From positions 8,988 through 72,987 of the forward strand of contig CBFDSV010000002.1 in assembly GCA_965612735.1 (NCBI GenBank): a stretch of 64,000 nucleotides of DNA, written 5' to 3'. The position numbers and the translations under genes are program-made. This DNA comes from an uncultured bacterium. Its GTDB lineage: Bacteria; Hydrothermota; UBA3072; B12-G15. Each line of letters opens with the position of its first letter. The stretch's first letter is position 1. The notes beneath the pieces were generated by a model, which saw only the letters and a program-made list of their open reading frames with translations, did not search any database and had not been told where the DNA came from. Below are positions 53,797 to 62,751 of the stretch, in pieces.

Positions 53797-54561
53797 TTAC
53801 CTCCTTTCTGGTAGATAATTCAATGGGTCAACATGCCTGCCGTGCATCATCAATTCGTAATGCAGATGAGGAGCAGTACTATGGCCAGTGCTACCTAAAA
53901 GGGCAACCATCTCCCCCTTCCTGACCCTCCTACCTGCCCCAACAAGATTCTGTTTATTATGTCCTAATATGGCTGTGAAACCCTGTTTATTCTCTATCCT
54001 TAACATATATCCAAAGTATTTATCATAACCTGAAAAGGTAACAACACCATCCATTGGAGAGTAAACAGGTGTTCCTGGTGGGGCTGAAATATCAATGGCA
54101 GGATGTTTATCAGAGTACCCTCTGGATATCCATCCACCCCGAACAGGGTAAATATCAGGGATATACCTGCGAAGTTCTTCCACCTCATCCCTGTTGCTCT
54201 GTGCTTCTCCAGTGGTATTAACCTCAACCGCCACCTTCTTCAATGTCTTTTCCCAATCAGGTGACCTTTCAACACCAAGTGCAGATGCAAGTTTTCTCGA
54301 GAGTATCTCAAACTCCCTGAGTTTCTTCTCAAGCACCTTTATCTTCTTCACCTCCTCCTTCAGCCTTTTGTTCTCATTCTGAAGTAATCTGTACTTACCA
54401 TAAACCGCATAAACCCTTCCATACTGGAATCCCATATAAACAATACCACCCAGTACTAATATTGCAATCACGCCCAGAAACCTGAGCATCCTGTATGAGA
54501 TGGAAAACTCAACCACCCTTCCACTCTCAGGGATTATGTGAAAAACAATCTTTTTTCTCAA
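53797..54561 (-). CDS. M23-family (LytM-type) metallopeptidase with an N-terminal TM anchor and coiled coil
   Basis: HPAIDI...G.PV.SPMDG.V and GHSTAPHLHYE motifs. Confidence 0.85.
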   Translation of the reverse strand: MRKKIVFHIIPESGRVVEFSISYRMLRFLGVIAILVLGGIVYMGFQYGRVYAVYGKYRLLQNENKRLKEEVKKIKVLEKKLREFEILSRKLASALGVERSPDWEKTLKKVAVEVNTTGEAQSNRDEVEELRRYIPDIYPVRGGWISRGYSDKHPAIDISAPPGTPVYSPMDGVVTFSGYDKYFGYMLRIENKQGFTAILGHNKQNLVGAGRRVRKGEMVALLGSTGHSTAPHLHYELMMHGRHVDPLNYLPERR

Positions 54562-55547
54562 TTGAACTTTTCCTTTGAGAACTCCACAAGGAGTTTCACT
54601 GTTGCTTCAACATCCCCCAAGTCAAGGAGTTCGGATGGTGAATGTATATATCTTGTTGGCACAGAAAGAACACCTGTAGGAACACCTGATTTTGTTATCT
54701 CAATCACCATACCATCGGTTGTTCCACCCTCAATTACCTCAAGTTGATAGGGAATTTTTTTCTTCTTTGCTATTGAAACAAGCCTGTCCCTTACATAAGC
54801 AGATGCAATCATACCCCAGTCCTTCACCTTTATGGCAACACCCTTTCCCAGTGCAAGCGGTGATTTCCATCCCTCAGGTGTATCCCCTGTTCCAGTAACA
54901 TCAACAGCAATGGCATAATCAGGCTCAATACCAAATGCAGATGTCCTCGCCCCTCTTAATCCGACCTCCTCCTGGACTGTGAAAACAAAGTAAAGGTCAT
55001 TCACTGGGTTTTTAATCCTCTTTAATGCCTCAATCAGAACAACACAACCAATCCTGTCGTCCATTGCCTTGCCAACAACTCTATCACCCAGATCTCTGAA
55101 CTCTCTACTGAATACTGCCATCTCCCCCACACTCACCTTTTTCTCTGCATCTTCCTTTGATTTTGCACCAATGTCTATGTACAACTTGTCAAGTGGAGAA
55201 ACAGCTTTAAAGTCCTTCCTCTTTTCCTCACCCACAACACCAACAAGACCGTTCTTAAACATTACCCTCTGATGGAGAAGGTTTATCGGAAAGAGTCCAC
55301 CAACATTGGAGAATCTCAGGAAGCCCTTTTTATCAATGTATGACACAATAAAACCTATTTCATCCATATGGGCAGCAAACATTATCTTCTTTCCCTTCCC
55401 CTTCTTCCTGACAATAAGATTGCCAAGTTTGTCCACCTTCACACTATCAGCATAGGGTTTCACCTCTTTCTTTATTATGTTTCTGACCTCATCCTCGTTA
55501 CCAGAAGGGCCAAATGCCTCTGAGAGTTTCTTTATCAAATCCTTCAT
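54558..55547 (-). CDS. M42-family aminopeptidase (TET/FrvX-like), copy 3
   Basis: LSEAFGPSGNE, AHMDEIGF, DDRIGC, QEEVGLRGA. Confidence 0.85.
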   Translation of the reverse strand: MKDLIKKLSEAFGPSGNEDEVRNIIKKEVKPYADSVKVDKLGNLIVRKKGKGKKIMFAAHMDEIGFIVSYIDKKGFLRFSNVGGLFPINLLHQRVMFKNGLVGVVGEEKRKDFKAVSPLDKLYIDIGAKSKEDAEKKVSVGEMAVFSREFRDLGDRVVGKAMDDRIGCVVLIEALKRIKNPVNDLYFVFTVQEEVGLRGARTSAFGIEPDYAIAVDVTGTGDTPEGWKSPLALGKGVAIKVKDWGMIASAYVRDRLVSIAKKKKIPYQLEVIEGGTTDGMVIEITKSGVPTGVLSVPTRYIHSPSELLDLGDVEATVKLLVEFSKEKFN

Positions 55548-56587
55548 ATTACCTCCTCTATGTTTTTAAGTGCTCCCTTGAGAAGTTTGAGTGTGTTCCT
55601 GTAATCAATCCCTCTCATAATACCTGCTGGTGCATGTATATACCTGATTGGAACAGCAATCACCATACTTGGGACACCTGTCTTTGATAGATGTATTCTA
55701 CCAGCATCTGTTCCACCAATGTTTGGTCTCTTGAACTGGTAGGGTATCTTCTCCCTTTCAGCGGTCTTAATAAAGTGTTTGAGCAAATTTTTATCAACAA
55801 TGATGCTCCTGTCCATCACAGTGAGCACAGGTCCCTTTTTAAGTTCAGGGAATGCACCTGTATCCTTCTCAATGGGGAAATCCCCTGCTGCAGTCCCTTC
55901 AACAGCAATTGCAGCATCAGGGAATATTTTATAACCAGCAACCCTTGCCCCCCTCAACCCAACCTCCTCCTGAACAGTGAATGTGAGCACCAGATCAAAA
56001 GGAAACTTCTCACTGGCAAGGTCAAGGAGGAGTGAACATCCAACCCTGTCATCAAAGGCCTTACCTATGAATCTATCCCCTTCACTCTTAAAGGACGTGT
56101 CAAAGTATGCATAGTCCCCTAATTTCACCTTCTTCTCTGCCTCATCCTTTGATGAAAAACCCGCATCAATTCTCAACTGTTCAATCTTGGGATAATGTCC
56201 CAGTTCCTCATCCTTCAGTAAATGAATTGCCTTTGATTCTATAACACCTGGAATTCCCTCTTCCCCAATCCTTACAGGTTTTGCAAGAAGAACAGATGTT
56301 GAGATCCCCCCTACTGGATGAAATCTCAACTCTCCAGAGGACTCAATGCCAGTTATCATCAATCCTACCTCATCCATATGGGCGGCAAGCATCACCTTCT
56401 TTGCATTCTTCCTGCCTGAAGGGAAATAGGCATAGAGATTCCCCATTGCATCTGTTTCAATGTGCCTTGCCTTCCCCTTCAATTTTTTATATATAAAATC
56501 TCTGACCCTCTGTTCATTCCCTGAAACGCCTGGAAGATTGGACAATCTCTCAAGTTCCACTTTCCACCTCCATCCTGATACCTTCAA
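55544..56587 (-). CDS. M42-family aminopeptidase, copy 2
   Basis: GVSGNE, AHMDEVGL, DDRVGC, QEEVGLRGA. The tracked start is TTG 56587; GTG 56560 with GGAGG 6 nt upstream is an equally good start. Confidence 0.85.
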   Translation of the reverse strand: MKVSGWRWKVELERLSNLPGVSGNEQRVRDFIYKKLKGKARHIETDAMGNLYAYFPSGRKNAKKVMLAAHMDEVGLMITGIESSGELRFHPVGGISTSVLLAKPVRIGEEGIPGVIESKAIHLLKDEELGHYPKIEQLRIDAGFSSKDEAEKKVKLGDYAYFDTSFKSEGDRFIGKAFDDRVGCSLLLDLASEKFPFDLVLTFTVQEEVGLRGARVAGYKIFPDAAIAVEGTAAGDFPIEKDTGAFPELKKGPVLTVMDRSIIVDKNLLKHFIKTAEREKIPYQFKRPNIGGTDAGRIHLSKTGVPSMVIAVPIRYIHAPAGIMRGIDYRNTLKLLKGALKNIEEVI

Positions 56588-57593
56588 ATTCCTTCAGGAA
56601 GTAGAGAAGAAGTCTTACTGTCCTGTCTATATCCTTCAGATTTAGAGTCTCAACAGGTGTGTGCATGTATCTGAGTGGAATGGAAACAAGCCCCGTTGGG
56701 ATTCCTTCCCTCACTATCTGTATAATTGCAGCATCTGTACCTGTTAATCCAGGAACAGGTTCTATTTGATAAGGTATCTCTCTATCCTCTGCAATCTTCT
56801 TCAGTGCCTCAAATATCCGGGGATGTATGTTTGGACCTGTTGCAATAACAGGGCCTTTACCAAGTGGAAATGCAAGGTCTTCCCCCACACCAAAGGATGT
56901 TCCCTGTGTAACATCCACAGCAAAACCTATATCAGGATTTATATGATATGTTGAGGTGAATGCACCAAGTCCTGTTTCCTCTTCCTGAACAGTGAACACA
57001 CCATACAAATCCCAGTTTATACCCTCTTCCTTTGCCTGCAACAGAAGGGAAACGAGCATGGCGCAGGATGCCCTGTTGTCAAGAGCCTTTCCTGAAGCAT
57101 AATCTCCAGAAAGTGGGGTAAATCTCCTTGCCATATACACAGGGTCTCCAATACTCACCAGTTTCTTGAGTTCCTTCTCATCAAGCCCCACATCAACGAA
57201 AAGGTCTTCCCAGGATGGAACATCCTCCTTCTTACCCCTTGTATAGTGGGGTGGAATAGAACCAACAACACCCATCAATCTTTTTCTCCCCATAACAACC
57301 ACTTCCTGACCAATCAACACCCTTCTGTCCCATCCACCAATCCAGGAGACCCTGATAAACCTGCCATCTATTCCCTTAACCACAAGGGCAAGTTCATCAA
57401 GATGGGTGGCTATCATCACCTTTCCCCTTGGATTTTTTGCCCTCACAACACCTATAACACTTCCCATTTTGTCCCTGATAACATCATCAATCTTATCCTT
57501 CAGGAGGCTGGTAACCTCCTCAGCAGCACCGCTCTCATACCCTGAAGCACCATAGGCATTGGAAAGTTTCTCAAGCATCTCCTTTATATTCAT
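56550..57593 (-). CDS. M42-family aminopeptidase, copy 1
   Basis: GASGYE, THLDELAL, LDNRASC, QEEETGLGA. This is the most divergent of the three. Confidence 0.8.
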   Translation of the reverse strand: MNIKEMLEKLSNAYGASGYESGAAEEVTSLLKDKIDDVIRDKMGSVIGVVRAKNPRGKVMIATHLDELALVVKGIDGRFIRVSWIGGWDRRVLIGQEVVVMGRKRLMGVVGSIPPHYTRGKKEDVPSWEDLFVDVGLDEKELKKLVSIGDPVYMARRFTPLSGDYASGKALDNRASCAMLVSLLLQAKEEGINWDLYGVFTVQEEETGLGAFTSTYHINPDIGFAVDVTQGTSFGVGEDLAFPLGKGPVIATGPNIHPRIFEALKKIAEDREIPYQIEPVPGLTGTDAAIIQIVREGIPTGLVSIPLRYMHTPVETLNLKDIDRTVRLLLYFLKEFEGIRMEVESGT

Positions 57594-58393
57594 TCCTTTT
57601 CTCCTTTCAACAACCTGATAAGCCTTACAAGTTCCTCATCTGAGTAAAAGTATATCTCTATCTTCCCCTTCTTCCTGCCGCGCTGGATGACAACCTTTGT
57701 TCCAAGCGCACCTATGAGTTCCTGTTCTATGTGCAATATCTCTGTATCCTTCTCTTTTATTCTCTTAACCCTCTTCTCCGTTTTACGCACACTCTCTCTG
57801 GTCTTCAAGATCTCATGGAATGCCTTGAGCATTTCCTTCTTTGTTTTCAATGAAAGCAAAGGTCTTGCATGGCCTTCTGTAATCAACCCATCTGAGAGTG
57901 CCTTCCTTATCTCCTCAGGAAGGTTAAGCAGTCTCAATTTATTTGCAATTGTGCTCCTCTCCTTCCCTACCCTCTCTGCCACCTGCTCCTGTGTAAGACC
58001 GAATTCTATCATAAGGGTTCTGTATGCCTCTGCCTCCTCAACGGGATTTAAATCCTCCCTCTGAACATTCTCTATGATTGAGATTTCCAGGACCTCTCTA
58101 TCAGTAAGTTCTTTAACAACTGCTGGAATCTCCTTGAGACCAGCCATCTTTGCAGCCTGATAACGCCTGTGTCCATAAACAAGTTCATAATACTTACCCT
58201 TTTTTCTTACAAGCACAGGCTGAAGAACCCCCTTCTCCTTTATTGACCTTGCGAGTTCCTCAAGGTGTTTTTTATCAATCTTCTTTCTTGGCTGAAGTGT
58301 GCCAGGTTTTATATCCTTCAGGGGGATTTTATTGGCCTCTTCCTCAGTGGGAATTAACGCCTCAAGGCCCTTTCCAAGTGCCTTTCTGCCCAT
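57590..58393 (-). CDS. parB: Chromosome partitioning protein ParB/Spo0J
   Basis: Start set at M35 of the tracked ORF (MGRKALGKGLEALIP). QPRK, LQPVLVRK and HTH motifs. Confidence 0.9.
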   Translation of the reverse strand: MGRKALGKGLEALIPTEEEANKIPLKDIKPGTLQPRKKIDKKHLEELARSIKEKGVLQPVLVRKKGKYYELVYGHRRYQAAKMAGLKEIPAVVKELTDREVLEISIIENVQREDLNPVEEAEAYRTLMIEFGLTQEQVAERVGKERSTIANKLRLLNLPEEIRKALSDGLITEGHARPLLSLKTKKEMLKAFHEILKTRESVRKTEKRVKRIKEKDTEILHIEQELIGALGTKVVIQRGRKKGKIEIYFYSDEELVRLIRLLKGEKE

Positions 58394-59150
58394 TTCTCTC
58401 CAGAAATTCCTCTGAAAGATTTCTGTAACTCTCGGCGCCCCTGGATGCAGGGTCGTATTCAAATATAGTCCTTCCAAAACTGGGTGCCTCTGCAAGTTTC
58501 ACATTTCTGGGTATAACAGTATTGTAAACCTTGTCACCAAAGTACTTCTTTACCTCTTCAACCACTTGATGGGACAGGTTGAGCCTTGTATCAAACATTG
58601 TTATCAAAACCCCTTCTATTGTGAGCCTGGGATTCAGTTTACTCTGTATCTTCCTCACTGTATTGAGGAGTTTACCAAGCCCCTCAAGTGCATAAAACTC
58701 ACTCTGGATGGGTATTATTACCGAGTCAGCAGCAACAATGGAATTCAATGTCAACAGACCAAGTGATGGTGGAGAATCTATGAATATGTAATCATATTCC
58801 CTCTTCAATGGCATTATGATCCTTTTAAGCCTCGTCTCCCTGTTTCGTTCGTCCACCAGTTCAACCTCTGCACCAACAAGCGAAATTTCGCTTGGCAAAA
58901 GTTCTAATCCTTCAATCCTGGTCTTTCTGATGACCTCCTCAATTTCTGAATTTTTAACCAGAACATCATAGATAGTGGGATAAACCTTGCTATAACCAAG
59001 CCCACTGGTTAGATTTGCCTGAGGATCCATATCAATGACCAGGACCCTGAAACCCAGATGAGCAACACCTGCGGAAATATTTATAGCCGTGGTGGTCTTA
59101 CCAACACCGCCCTTCTGATTTGCTATGGCGATTATCTTACCCATATACAC
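58362..59150 (-). CDS. parA: Chromosome partitioning ATPase ParA/Soj
   Basis: Deviant Walker A IAIANQKGGVGKTTT. 262 aa. Confidence 0.9.
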   Translation of the reverse strand: MYMGKIIAIANQKGGVGKTTTAINISAGVAHLGFRVLVIDMDPQANLTSGLGYSKVYPTIYDVLVKNSEIEEVIRKTRIEGLELLPSEISLVGAEVELVDERNRETRLKRIIMPLKREYDYIFIDSPPSLGLLTLNSIVAADSVIIPIQSEFYALEGLGKLLNTVRKIQSKLNPRLTIEGVLITMFDTRLNLSHQVVEEVKKYFGDKVYNTVIPRNVKLAEAPSFGRTIFEYDPASRGAESYRNLSEEFLERNGQKGTWKGP

Positions 59151-59153
59151 CCA

Positions 59154-61376
59154 TTAAATAGATTTTTTCTTTATTGTCAAGTTTTTTCTCCTGAACCAGT
59201 CCAGTACACCGTAAAAAATCATGAAAACAAGGGTGAGGAGCGTTAAAATCAAACCTGTCCTCAAACCAGGGGGAGAGTAGAACAGCAAAACATTACTTCT
59301 ACCCTTCTCAAGATAAATTCCTGCAAATGCGTAATCCACAGGGAGGATCTTCTTCTCCACCCCATTTACCACTGCCTTCCATCCAGGAATATTGAGCAGG
59401 GAGACAAAAAGAACGCCATTCCTATCTGTATCAACTGTGATTCCAATCCTGTTTATCCCCCTTTCAGTATACTCTATTCTTTGAGTCCCTGTGGTCTCCG
59501 GCTGTGGAAAATCCTCCTTTATACCAATCAAGAGAACATTGTGATAATCGTATCCCTCTTTAAGTTTTTTGTAAGCAGTTTCTCCATCAACATACTCCCA
59601 TCTGTAAAACACCTTTGCCCTTGGAAGGTATGTTTGATTCAGAACAAGTCCCATTCTTCTTTCCTCAACCCTGATTGTGTACTTTGCATTGAAAAGGTCA
59701 AGGTATGTATTCAGCGGGAGTTGTCTCAATTCCCTGTAAAGTTTCAACCTGAGCGGTGTATAACCCTGGAGGAGTTCAAGTTTATAGATGTCTCCAGAGT
59801 TTCTCCTCAAAAGCATATAAGAGCCCTGCCTTGCATTCACCCTGAATGGCTCCTTTTTGTAGTCTTCCTTCAGATATTCAACAAGTCTGTTTTCTGAATA
59901 AAACTCATCAGGGTTAACCCTTGAAACGTTAAAGTTTGCACCAAAGGAGAAGAGGTCTATAAAGAGAACAAGTGCAGGGATTAAATACGCATACCTGTTT
60001 TTGTATCTCATGAACACAAAAATGGCAGTGGAGGAAAGTATGAGGAATAAAAGGGCAATACCTGTCTGTTTCAAGGAATAGGAATAAACCTTTTGATAAG
60101 TCATGGCACTCCACGCATTCCTGAATGCACCTGCAAAAATAAAAACAAAGAGCAAGAACAGACTACCTGTGAAATATAGAAGGGGCTTTAGTGATACCTT
60201 CCCCTTACTGAGATTGTCAAACCCAAATCCTGCAAGGGCAAGCAGTGAGAATGTGAATACCCCTGAGAATCTGCCAGCATTCCTGAACTTGTTGAATCCA
60301 GGAAGTAAATGATAAAAAATCCAGTAAACAGGTGTGTATTTTCCCATGGCAGCCATGAGGAACAAAAGTGCCAGAATGCCAAAAAATATTGTGTACTTTC
60401 TTCTATCTTTTTTTGTGAATGCATACAGGGAAAGGATAAGAGGAATAATACCCAAGTAAATGCACGTTTCCCAGAAGGCACCATAGCCTCCCGTCCAGAA
60501 CTTGACATTATCCCCATGCAACCAGGAGATGTATCCGAAAAACTTCGGGATAAAAAGTGTTAACAACTGATAGAATGGTATTGAGTTTCTAACAGACTCA
60601 GCATATGTAAGGGATTCTCTCACTGTGTATGCAGTGTACCCGGCAGTTGTGAGCAACTGGACAGAAGATACAAGGATTCCTGAAATAAACAAAATAACTG
60701 GAAGATGAACATACTTTACCCACTGCTTTTTTTTCTCAACAAGAAGGAAGACTGAGAACAGACCAGCATAATAAACAATGTGTAACCAGAACTGAGGCCC
60801 TCCAGCGAGTAGTGAAAGCCCCAGGAAGAACCCCCCGAAAAGGGAATAAATGACCCTTCTCTCCTGAAAAGACCTTAACAGGAAATACAAAACAAGTGGA
60901 AGATAGACAAATGTTGAAAGAAGGGTCAGATGGATGGTATGGGTGATTATGAAACCACTGAATGCAAAGCCAATGGATGAAATGATAGAACCCTCATGTG
61001 ATATTCCAAGCCTCCTTAAAAACATATACATGAATATACCTGCAAAAAACACATGGAGAATCAATTGAATTTCAAGAACCCTGAAGACAAGTCTTCCGCC
61101 ACTGGTAAACAGTGCAAGCAACCAGTTGAATGGATAAAAAACAGCGTTCTCAATGTCTCCAAGGTAAGGCATTCCACCAAAAACAAATGGATTCCAGAGG
61201 GGGAATACACCAATCCTTAAAGAGGTTGCAAGGAGGTTCCGCCTTGGGTAGTACTGATAAAGGAAATCCTCAAAGAAGTAGTATCTTAAAAAGATTATCC
61301 TGAAGAAGAAGAACAGGGTCATTATAAAAAGGATTGAAAAGGCAATAGTTTCCTCTCTTAACATCCTTTTCTTCAT
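59154..61376 (-). CDS. YfhO-family polytopic membrane protein (glycosyltransferase-like)
   Basis: 740 aa, more than 12 TM helices. N-terminal pattern ...YYP.R......L..G..PLWNP..F.GMP is typical of YfhO. Confidence 0.75.
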   Translation of the reverse strand: MKKRMLREETIAFSILFIMTLFFFFRIIFLRYYFFEDFLYQYYPRRNLLATSLRIGVFPLWNPFVFGGMPYLGDIENAVFYPFNWLLALFTSGGRLVFRVLEIQLILHVFFAGIFMYMFLRRLGISHEGSIISSIGFAFSGFIITHTIHLTLLSTFVYLPLVLYFLLRSFQERRVIYSLFGGFFLGLSLLAGGPQFWLHIVYYAGLFSVFLLVEKKKQWVKYVHLPVILFISGILVSSVQLLTTAGYTAYTVRESLTYAESVRNSIPFYQLLTLFIPKFFGYISWLHGDNVKFWTGGYGAFWETCIYLGIIPLILSLYAFTKKDRRKYTIFFGILALLFLMAAMGKYTPVYWIFYHLLPGFNKFRNAGRFSGVFTFSLLALAGFGFDNLSKGKVSLKPLLYFTGSLFLLFVFIFAGAFRNAWSAMTYQKVYSYSLKQTGIALLFLILSSTAIFVFMRYKNRYAYLIPALVLFIDLFSFGANFNVSRVNPDEFYSENRLVEYLKEDYKKEPFRVNARQGSYMLLRRNSGDIYKLELLQGYTPLRLKLYRELRQLPLNTYLDLFNAKYTIRVEERRMGLVLNQTYLPRAKVFYRWEYVDGETAYKKLKEGYDYHNVLLIGIKEDFPQPETTGTQRIEYTERGINRIGITVDTDRNGVLFVSLLNIPGWKAVVNGVEKKILPVDYAFAGIYLEKGRSNVLLFYSPPGLRTGLILTLLTLVFMIFYGVLDWFRRKNLTIKKKSI

Positions 61377-61394
61377 CTTTCCTCCTTTTTCTGG

Positions 61395-61422
61395 ATTATA
61401 CTTAAAAATATTTTTGTGGCAA
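61395..61422 (-). promoter_or_regulatory. Sigma70-type promoter for yfhO-parAB
   Basis: Minus strand: TTGCCA (61422-61417), 16 nt, TATAAT (61400-61395), then GGAGG and ATG at 61376. Confidence 0.5.
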
Positions 61423-61431
61423 ATAAAAAAA

Positions 61432-61505
61432 CGGGGCCGACGAGACTCGAACTCGCGACCTCCGGCGTGACAGACCGGCGTTCTAACCGACTGAACTACG
61501 ACCCC
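61432..61505 (-). tRNA. tRNA-Asp (anticodon GTC)
   Basis: Hand-folded cloverleaf: acceptor GGGGTCG/CGGCCCC, D arm GTTC/GAAC, anticodon stem CCGGT/GCCGG with loop CTGTCAC, T arm GCGAG-TTCGAGT-CTCGT. No encoded CCA. A T-run follows the 3' end. Confidence 0.9.
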
Positions 61506-61517
61506 GTTTCAGGCTTA

Positions 61518-61545
61518 ATATTAATAATCTTTTTATCTGTGTCAA
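61518..61545 (-). promoter_or_regulatory. Sigma70-type promoter for tRNA-Asp
   Basis: Minus strand: TTGACA (61545-61540), 16 nt, TAATAT (61523-61518), 12 nt before the mature tRNA 5' end. Confidence 0.5.
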
Positions 61546-61549
61546 GTGG

Positions 61550-61966
61550 TCAAACCACATCTCTACCAGTGGTTGCGGGTATAAATCTACCGAATTTCAC
61601 ACCCTTTTCTGCAACTATTCTCTCCCCAACCCTCCTTACGAGTCCTGCCTTCCCTCTCAAAACACAAATCTCAAGGCAGTTCTTCTTATCCATATGTATA
61701 TGCAATGTAGATATAACAAGGTCATGATGTGAATGGGCATGCTCAAGTATCCTATCATTCACCTCCCTCTTATCATGCTCATACACATAAACTGCCACCC
61801 CTATAACCTCCTGCTCCTCTGTATCCCACGTATGGTCAACTACCTCCCTCCTCATTAAATCTCTCAAATACTCTGACCTGTTGTCGTAACCTTTCTCCTT
61901 CATCACCCTATCAAAAACATCTAAAAGTTCTTTATCAACTGATACACCAAACCTCAATTTTGACAT
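61550..61966 (-). CDS. nikR: Nickel-responsive regulator NikR (RHH/CopG N-domain, ACT-like metal-binding C-domain)
   Basis: RFGVSVDKELL..FD (ribbon-helix-helix) and a His/Cys cluster HAHSHHD...LHIHMD...C. Confidence 0.85.
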   Translation of the reverse strand: MSKLRFGVSVDKELLDVFDRVMKEKGYDNRSEYLRDLMRREVVDHTWDTEEQEVIGVAVYVYEHDKREVNDRILEHAHSHHDLVISTLHIHMDKKNCLEICVLRGKAGLVRRVGERIVAEKGVKFGRFIPATTGRDVV

Positions 61967-61975
61967 CTCACCCCC

Positions 61976-62344
61976 TTATCTGGAAAAAATCATCTTTATG
62001 GAGACAAGAAAAAGTGCAACTCCAAAAACCTTTTCAAGCACTCTGGTTGGAAGTGATGTGGCAACCCTTGCACCAAGAAGTCCCCCAACAAAAAAGCCAA
62101 GACAGATAAGTCCTGCAATCTTTAAATTTACATATCCCTGCTTGTAATAGGTCCATGCAGCAAGGAGTCCTATTGGTGGAACCATCAATGCAAGGGTCGT
62201 TCCCTGTGCCTGATGCTGTGTCATTCCGAAAATGAATACAAGTGCAGGAACAATAATTATACCTCCACCAATACCTATAAGTCCACTTATGATACCTGCG
62301 ACTAAACCGAGAATAACATAAGCCCATATGTCAACCATTTCCAT
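61976..62344 (-). CDS. Half-size TSUP (TauE/SafE) family membrane protein
   Basis: ~120 aa with 4 TM helices and GLIGIGGGIIIVP and G..LG motifs. The start is more likely ATG 62338, which has 6 nt after GGAGG. Confidence 0.65.
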   Translation of the reverse strand: MEMVDIWAYVILGLVAGIISGLIGIGGGIIIVPALVFIFGMTQHQAQGTTLALMVPPIGLLAAWTYYKQGYVNLKIAGLICLGFFVGGLLGARVATSLPTRVLEKVFGVALFLVSIKMIFSR

Positions 62345-62422
62345 CCTCCATTTTTTATATCAAACACCAAAATGTGAAAACTGTCAAGGTAAGTTTAACA
62401 ACAATATTTCCAGCCATGGTAC

Positions 62423-62451
62423 TTGACTTTGGTGCAATAGGTTTGTATTAT
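62423..62451 (+). promoter_or_regulatory. Sigma70-type promoter for the SRP RNA
   Basis: TTGACT (62423-62428), 17 nt, TATTAT (62446-62451), with the predicted RNA 5' end G62458 7 nt downstream. Confidence 0.55.
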
Positions 62452-62457
62452 AAGAAT

Positions 62458-62731
62458 GCCAGCCACACTCAGGCGGGGAGTTAGCGGTGCCCTGAACCTG
62501 CAATCCGCTATAGCAGGGCCGAAATCCCTGCATGAGGCCTTTCCCTGTCAGGAAGGGTCTATCAGGAGGCGATGAAGGTTGGGTCCACCATAGGGTGGAA
62601 CTCTGAACCCCGTCAGGTCCGGAAGGAAGCAGCGGTAAGGAGTTTACATCCTGATGGTGGGTAGCCTGACTGGAGCCCACCCTGATGGATACCCCTGGTG
62701 GAGAAAGGTCGAAGCAGGGCGTGTGGCTGGC
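62458..62731 (+). ncRNA. ffs: Signal recognition particle RNA, long form (about 274 nt, with an Alu-like domain)
   Basis: Conserved domain IV motif GTCAGGTCCGGAAGGAAGCAGC at 62612-62633. The 5' GCCAGCCACAC pairs perfectly with the 3' GTGTGGCTGGC. Lies directly upstream of dnaX, as in Bacillus. Confidence 0.85.
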
Positions 62732-62751
62732 ACAAATAAACAGGAGAAAAA

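Noticed and set aside
61416-61727. 103-aa plus-strand ORF
   Set aside because: It overlaps the tRNA-Asp gene and runs antisense to nikR, with no translation signals.
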